The notes beneath the pieces are model-generated. The model was not told the origin of the DNA. It did no database searches and saw nothing but the letters and a program-made list of their open reading frames with translations. From contig JACPXH010000017.1 of NCBI GenBank assembly GCA_016196625.1, positions 1 to 52,776 on the forward strand: a DNA stretch of 52,776 nucleotides. Direction: 5' to 3'. Shown here piece after piece: positions 49,036 through 52,776 of this stretch. This stretch comes from Candidatus Parcubacteria bacterium. GTDB lineage: Bacteria > Patescibacteriota > Minisyncoccia > JACPXH01. Position 1 is the first letter of the stretch, and each line of letters starts with the position of its first letter. The position numbers were made by a program, and so were the translations under genes.

Positions 49036-50639
49036 TCGTACGCCCCGCGATTCTACATGCCATCGCAGTTGCGATTGCGATAGTTGCGGCACTATCAGTA
49101 CTTGCCTTTTCGAATCCAAACCGGCTCGCGCACGATCAGATCGTGCATGGTACATTCATCGCGCGACTCGATGATCCCACCGCCTTCCAAGGCGATTATC
49201 TCTTCGGCGACGACCGCATCGAAACCCACAACAACTACTTCTTGTACGGCGCGATGCAATGGTTGCGCGATCGCCTCGGCCACCAGGAACTCATCTATTG
49301 GTACTTCCTGCCAGTGTTTGTTGGAACGTTTACTCTCGGGATGTACGCGCTACTGTGGTACGCGACGCGCCAATGGCTGGCGAGCGTGCTTGGGGCGCTT
49401 ACTGCGAATCTCTACGTGCCCTACATTTTTATGGCGAGTTGGGGGCTTGCCGGACCGTCCGAGGTGGGGTCGCGGGAGGTGTTCACGATGTTCGTGCCAT
49501 TACTCTTTCTTGGGTTCGTGCGCGGCATGCTTGAGCGGCGCGATTGGCTCCTCTTTGCTACATTCGCTGCGGTAGGGATCCTCGGGAACGTGCACCTCAT
49601 TTCGGCATTCAACTTCGCGCTCATCCTAGGACTTACCCTTATCTTTTGGGGCGGCATCACGTGGCAGAATATCCGGCGGATCGCCGTTGGCGGGGCGCTC
49701 GCGCTCGCCGGCGCCGCACCATACCTTCTCGCGTACAATCGGTATCGCCACCTTCTCCCCACGGGACTTGCCGGCGTTGACCCGGCGGCGTACCGAGCGG
49801 TAGTTGCAACTGTCGCAGCTCACACCCTCCCCGCCGGCCACTGGGAGGGACTTTGGCAGTGGGTGGGGCGAGAGTGGTATCTCTTTTGGCCCCTCGTCGC
49901 CATTTTCGTCATTATGCTCTGGCTGCGCCGGCGCGCCGGCGAGGGAGACGGACTCGATCGGTTGAGTATCTGCTTTGTCGGCGCGGTCATCGCGGTAAAT
50001 GCGTTCATCTCGATCAGCCAGTGGGTAAAGTTTTACGGCTTCGGCGCCGCACCATTTTTTCAGATTCCGCGCGGGATGCATTTCCTGTACGTGGTGTTGT
50101 TTCTCTTCGTCGGTATCCTGCTCGCGCAGCTTATTGCATGGATTCGTGCCCGCGTACCGTCTCGGCGTCTCGTTGCCTTAAGCGTCGCGGCAATTGTGCT
50201 GGTTGCGGGATTCGTCGCTCTCCGCGGACCGTGGCTTGCGGGAAGGTACCGTGCCTATATCACCCCGCGATTTTCATACGTGACATGCGACGACGGAGTA
50301 TATGAGGCGGTGCGGAGCTTATCTCATTCCGGTGATGTTCTCTTGGTGGATCCTGATTATTTTTCAGCCGTGCGGCCTTGCACGCGCCGCGCCGTGGTGG
50401 TGCTGCGTCGGGACAACGGCATTGCGTATTCGTTGGGGCCGGATCGGCTTAGCGAGTGGGTGCGTCGGTACGACGAGGTGAAGACAGCGTTTGCTTCGCC
50501 TGAAACACTGCTGGCAGTGGCCAGGCGATACGGCGCGCGGTTTATTTTGAGTCGGACGTGCGCGGCGGTACCGGGGGTCGTGGAGCGGTACCGCCACCCC
50601 GCCAACTTAAATTGTGTTTACCAGATAGGGCCATCATGA
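49032..50639 (+). CDS. Polytopic membrane protein, family unassigned (putative glycan polymerase/transferase by context)
   Basis: 535 aa from ATG 49032, with ATGA overlap to the MTase stop. The ORF-track 5' extension from 48660 overlaps that gene. About 10-12 hydrophobic segments and a soluble C-terminal about 110 aa. Confidence 0.6.
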   Translation: MIVRPAILHAIAVAIAIVAALSVLAFSNPNRLAHDQIVHGTFIARLDDPTAFQGDYLFGDDRIETHNNYFLYGAMQWLRDRLGHQELIYWYFLPVFVGTFTLGMYALLWYATRQWLASVLGALTANLYVPYIFMASWGLAGPSEVGSREVFTMFVPLLFLGFVRGMLERRDWLLFATFAAVGILGNVHLISAFNFALILGLTLIFWGGITWQNIRRIAVGGALALAGAAPYLLAYNRYRHLLPTGLAGVDPAAYRAVVATVAAHTLPAGHWEGLWQWVGREWYLFWPLVAIFVIMLWLRRRAGEGDGLDRLSICFVGAVIAVNAFISISQWVKFYGFGAAPFFQIPRGMHFLYVVLFLFVGILLAQLIAWIRARVPSRRLVALSVAAIVLVAGFVALRGPWLAGRYRAYITPRFSYVTCDDGVYEAVRSLSHSGDVLLVDPDYFSAVRPCTRRAVVVLRRDNGIAYSLGPDRLSEWVRRYDEVKTAFASPETLLAVARRYGARFILSRTCAAVPGVVERYRHPANLNCVYQIGPS

Positions 50640-51895
50640 AAATCGTCATTCTATCCGATGGATTTCTGCCCGCGGCGGTCGGAGGCGCGGAAGTAATTGC
50701 GCATCGCAGCGCTGCTGCGCTCGCTGCAGCTGGCCAGACGGTAACCGTACTCACCACTTCGCCTAACATCCGGACGATTGAGCGCGGGCAGCGCGACGGA
50801 TGTGCGGTCGTGACGATTCCGAGCAACGTTTCGCCGCGCTTGCGGTCATGGCTTGGCGCGTATCATCCTGCGGTAGTACGCGCCGTGGACGAAATTCTGG
50901 CCGTTGACCCGCCCGACGTTGTCCACGCGCATAACCTCCACACCCAGCTTTCGTTTGCAAGTTTGCGGGCGGCAGCGCGTCACGCGCGCCGAGTGTTTCT
51001 CACCGCGCACGATCCGCTTTTGGTCCACTACGACAAGTTCAGCGAAGCCGTAGACCCATCAGATCTGTCCTCGCAGCCGCGGGTGCGCGAGCGCGTTTCG
51101 CTCGTCGATCAGCTCCAGGCCGCGCGCTGGCGCTATAATCCGTTTCGAGGTCCGACCATCCGTTGGACGCTCGCGGGTGTAACGCGGGTATTCGCGGTGA
51201 GCGACGCCCTCGGTCGGATTTTGATTGCGAGCGGTATTGGGCGCGTCTCGACCCTCCACAACGGGATCTCGGTGGCCGCGTTCAGGCCCGACCCGAGTCG
51301 GGTGGCCGAGCTGCGCAAACACCTCGGAGTAGCTGAACGGCCGGTTATCCTGTTTGCGGGCCGTCCTACGCGGGCAAAGGGAATCGAAGTAATCCGGCAA
51401 GCGTTCCAGCGGGTCGAGCACCATCCCACACAGCCGGTGCTCCTTGTTTGCTCTCTCCAGCGTTCGGGCATTACGCGTGAGGGGGCGATTATCCGGGCGA
51501 GTTTTGCGCCCCAGGAGATGTCCTCGGTATATGGACTTTCTTCTTTCGTGGTGGTCCCCTCAATCTACCCTGATCCGTTTCCCACGGTGAACCTTGAAGC
51601 AGGCGCGGCCGGCCGGGCAGTCATTGGTACGTGTTTCGGCGGCACGCCCGAGGTGGTGCTCAACGGAGAAACTGGCATTATCGTGAATCCCTTCAATCGT
51701 GACGCGCTCGTTCAAGCGATGCGTTGGCTCCTAGACCGACCCGAAGAAGCTGCGGCTATGGGCGAACGCGCGCGCTGCCGAATCGCTGAGCACTTCACCC
51801 TGGAGCGCCACTTGGGTCAGCTCCTGGCATGGTACCGCGGTGAGCCCCGTTTACTCCCCGACCTACACGATGGAGCGTCTCTGCCTAGGAGTTAA
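50636..51895 (+). CDS. GT4-family glycosyltransferase
   Basis: From ATG 50636 (ATGA overlap): MKIVILSDGFLPAAVGGAEVIAH. C-terminal YPDPFPTVNLEAGAAGRAVIGTCFGGTPEVV. Confidence 0.85.
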   Translation: MKIVILSDGFLPAAVGGAEVIAHRSAAALAAAGQTVTVLTTSPNIRTIERGQRDGCAVVTIPSNVSPRLRSWLGAYHPAVVRAVDEILAVDPPDVVHAHNLHTQLSFASLRAAARHARRVFLTAHDPLLVHYDKFSEAVDPSDLSSQPRVRERVSLVDQLQAARWRYNPFRGPTIRWTLAGVTRVFAVSDALGRILIASGIGRVSTLHNGISVAAFRPDPSRVAELRKHLGVAERPVILFAGRPTRAKGIEVIRQAFQRVEHHPTQPVLLVCSLQRSGITREGAIIRASFAPQEMSSVYGLSSFVVVPSIYPDPFPTVNLEAGAAGRAVIGTCFGGTPEVVLNGETGIIVNPFNRDALVQAMRWLLDRPEEAAAMGERARCRIAEHFTLERHLGQLLAWYRGEPRLLPDLHDGASLPRS

Positions 51896-51995
51896 TCAAT
51901 GTTAAGTCATCCTCACTACCTTAATTCTCTGGTTTTTTGGAGTAACGGGGCGAGCCGGTTGCGGCCGGCGACAGCTCTCTGGTATCGTAAACCCT

Positions 51996-52776
51996 GTGAT
52001 TCGAATTCTTGTCTTCTACGGAAAAGATCCCTCTGGTATCGTCGAGGCGTACCTGCAGGGTCGCGCGCCCGCGAATTTCCTATACGGTTTTCCGCTCTTC
52101 GAGCGCTTCGGTATTCAGGCAGACATTTTCGTCCCGGCGCATGGCCGAATAAGTCGAGCTGTGATGGGGTTGTTGCGTCGCGTGAGCCGGGAGCTGGGCA
52201 CCCTCGTTTCGATGTGGCGACTTCCGTTCATCATTCGTCGTTACAACGCATTATTCCTCATGAATGCTGACGCGGTGATTGGCGCGGTTTTGCTTCGTGC
52301 TCTCTTTGCCCCGCGCCTGAAAGTTTTTTTCTACAACGATCGTGCCGAAAAAGTAGCGGGCAGACATTGGCTTAAGCGACGGCTTTTTCGGAAATGCGAT
52401 GTTATCATTGCGCAGTCATTGTATCACGCCAAGTTTACCAAGGCGGTTTTTGGCAAGGATAGTCCTGTGGTGTATTTGGGAAGCGATCGCGATTTTTTTC
52501 GGCCTGACGGCACCGCCACAGAGGACTTCGTGCTTTCAGTTGGCGGCGATCCCGGCCGGGATTTTGAAACGTTAATTGCAGCTGTAAGCCGCTTGCCAGA
52601 GATTCAATTTGTGTTTGTGGGGCGTGCTTCAAAAATTCAGGGACTTGCCGTGCCGTCTAATGTAATTGTTCATTATAATGTGCCGCCAGAGGAGCTCCGA
52701 AAACTTTATCGGCGCGCGCGAGTTGTCGTAATTCCGCTCTATCAAGATGATCACGATTACGGTTTCGAGATGCCAG
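51996..52776 (+). CDS. Glycosyltransferase (GT-B/GT4-like), 3'-truncated by the window end
   Basis: Not in the ORF track. My own translation from GTG 51996 gives VIRILVFYGKDPSGIVEAYLQGRAPANFLYGFPLFERFG...VLSVGGDPGRDFETLIAAVSRLPEIQFVFVGRA...ELRKLYRRARVVVIPLYQDDHDYGFEMP, with no stop up to position 52776. Confidence 0.6.
   Translation, partial: MIRILVFYGKDPSGIVEAYLQGRAPANFLYGFPLFERFGIQADIFVPAHGRISRAVMGLLRRVSRELGTLVSMWRLPFIIRRYNALFLMNADAVIGAVLLRALFAPRLKVFFYNDRAEKVAGRHWLKRRLFRKCDVIIAQSLYHAKFTKAVFGKDSPVVYLGSDRDFFRPDGTATEDFVLSVGGDPGRDFETLIAAVSRLPEIQFVFVGRASKIQGLAVPSNVIVHYNVPPEELRKLYRRARVVVIPLYQDDHDYGFEMP

Noticed and set aside
51899-52270. 123-aa ORF listed after the last GT4 gene.
   Set aside because: It overlaps, in another frame, a longer open frame with glycosyltransferase-like sequence that runs to the window end. 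Its own sequence has no motif and odd composition.

Overview
This 52.8-kb window (about 60-65% G+C, apart from one low-G+C insert) is almost entirely a cell-surface glycan/glycoconjugate biosynthesis super-locus. All calls come from reading the sequence and ORF translations by eye; no searches or folding programs were run. I can support about 46 protein-coding genes, mostly on the + strand, with about ten pairs joined by start/stop overlaps (ATGA 4-nt, one 8-nt).

**Glycosyltransferases and membrane proteins**
- 9 GT4-type glycosyltransferases; one is fused to a UDP-glucuronate decarboxylase and one is a 3'-truncated ORF missing from the ORF track.
- 3 polyprenyl-phosphate-type GT2 enzymes and 1 GT9 (heptosyltransferase-like).
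- A Wzx-like flippase and an O-antigen-ligase-like/TPR protein.
- 6 further large polytopic membrane proteins: one PMT/ArnT-like, one YfhO-like, three mutual paralogs of unassigned family, and one orphan.

**Sugar-tailoring cassettes**
- dTDP-glucose 4,6-dehydratase + C-methyltransferase + cupin + Gfo/Idh/MocA + SDR.
- An RfbH/E1-like 3-dehydratase lacking the Fe-S cysteines + SDR + RmlD-like reductase + Old-Yellow-Enzyme flavoprotein.
- Two divergent B12-binding radical SAM enzymes.
- An RpiB::heptose-1-P-adenylyltransferase-like fusion next to the GT9.
- An AsnB-type amidotransferase and four SAM methyltransferases.

**Not found:** no rRNA, tRNA, CRISPR array, transposase or integrase was recognised.

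**Non-coding structure**
- A family of three 138-167-nt nested-hairpin intergenic elements.
- Two AT-rich palindromic spacers sharing a 13-mer just upstream of start codons.
- Several sigma70-like promoters, two implying leaderless mRNAs.
- Several GC-rich terminator hairpins.

**Most interesting observations**
- A low-G+C insert (about 30.97-35.9 kb) carries two extra copies of the unassigned membrane-protein family.
- The junction between those two copies is damaged: one has a truncated C-terminus and the other has an in-frame TGA cutting off its N-terminal helix.
- The cysteine-less E1-like dehydratase is paired with an OYE reductase.
- Three fusion or pair architectures stand out: UXS::GT4, RpiB::HldC-like, and the B12-rSAM pair.

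Taxon cannot be assigned from the sequence alone.
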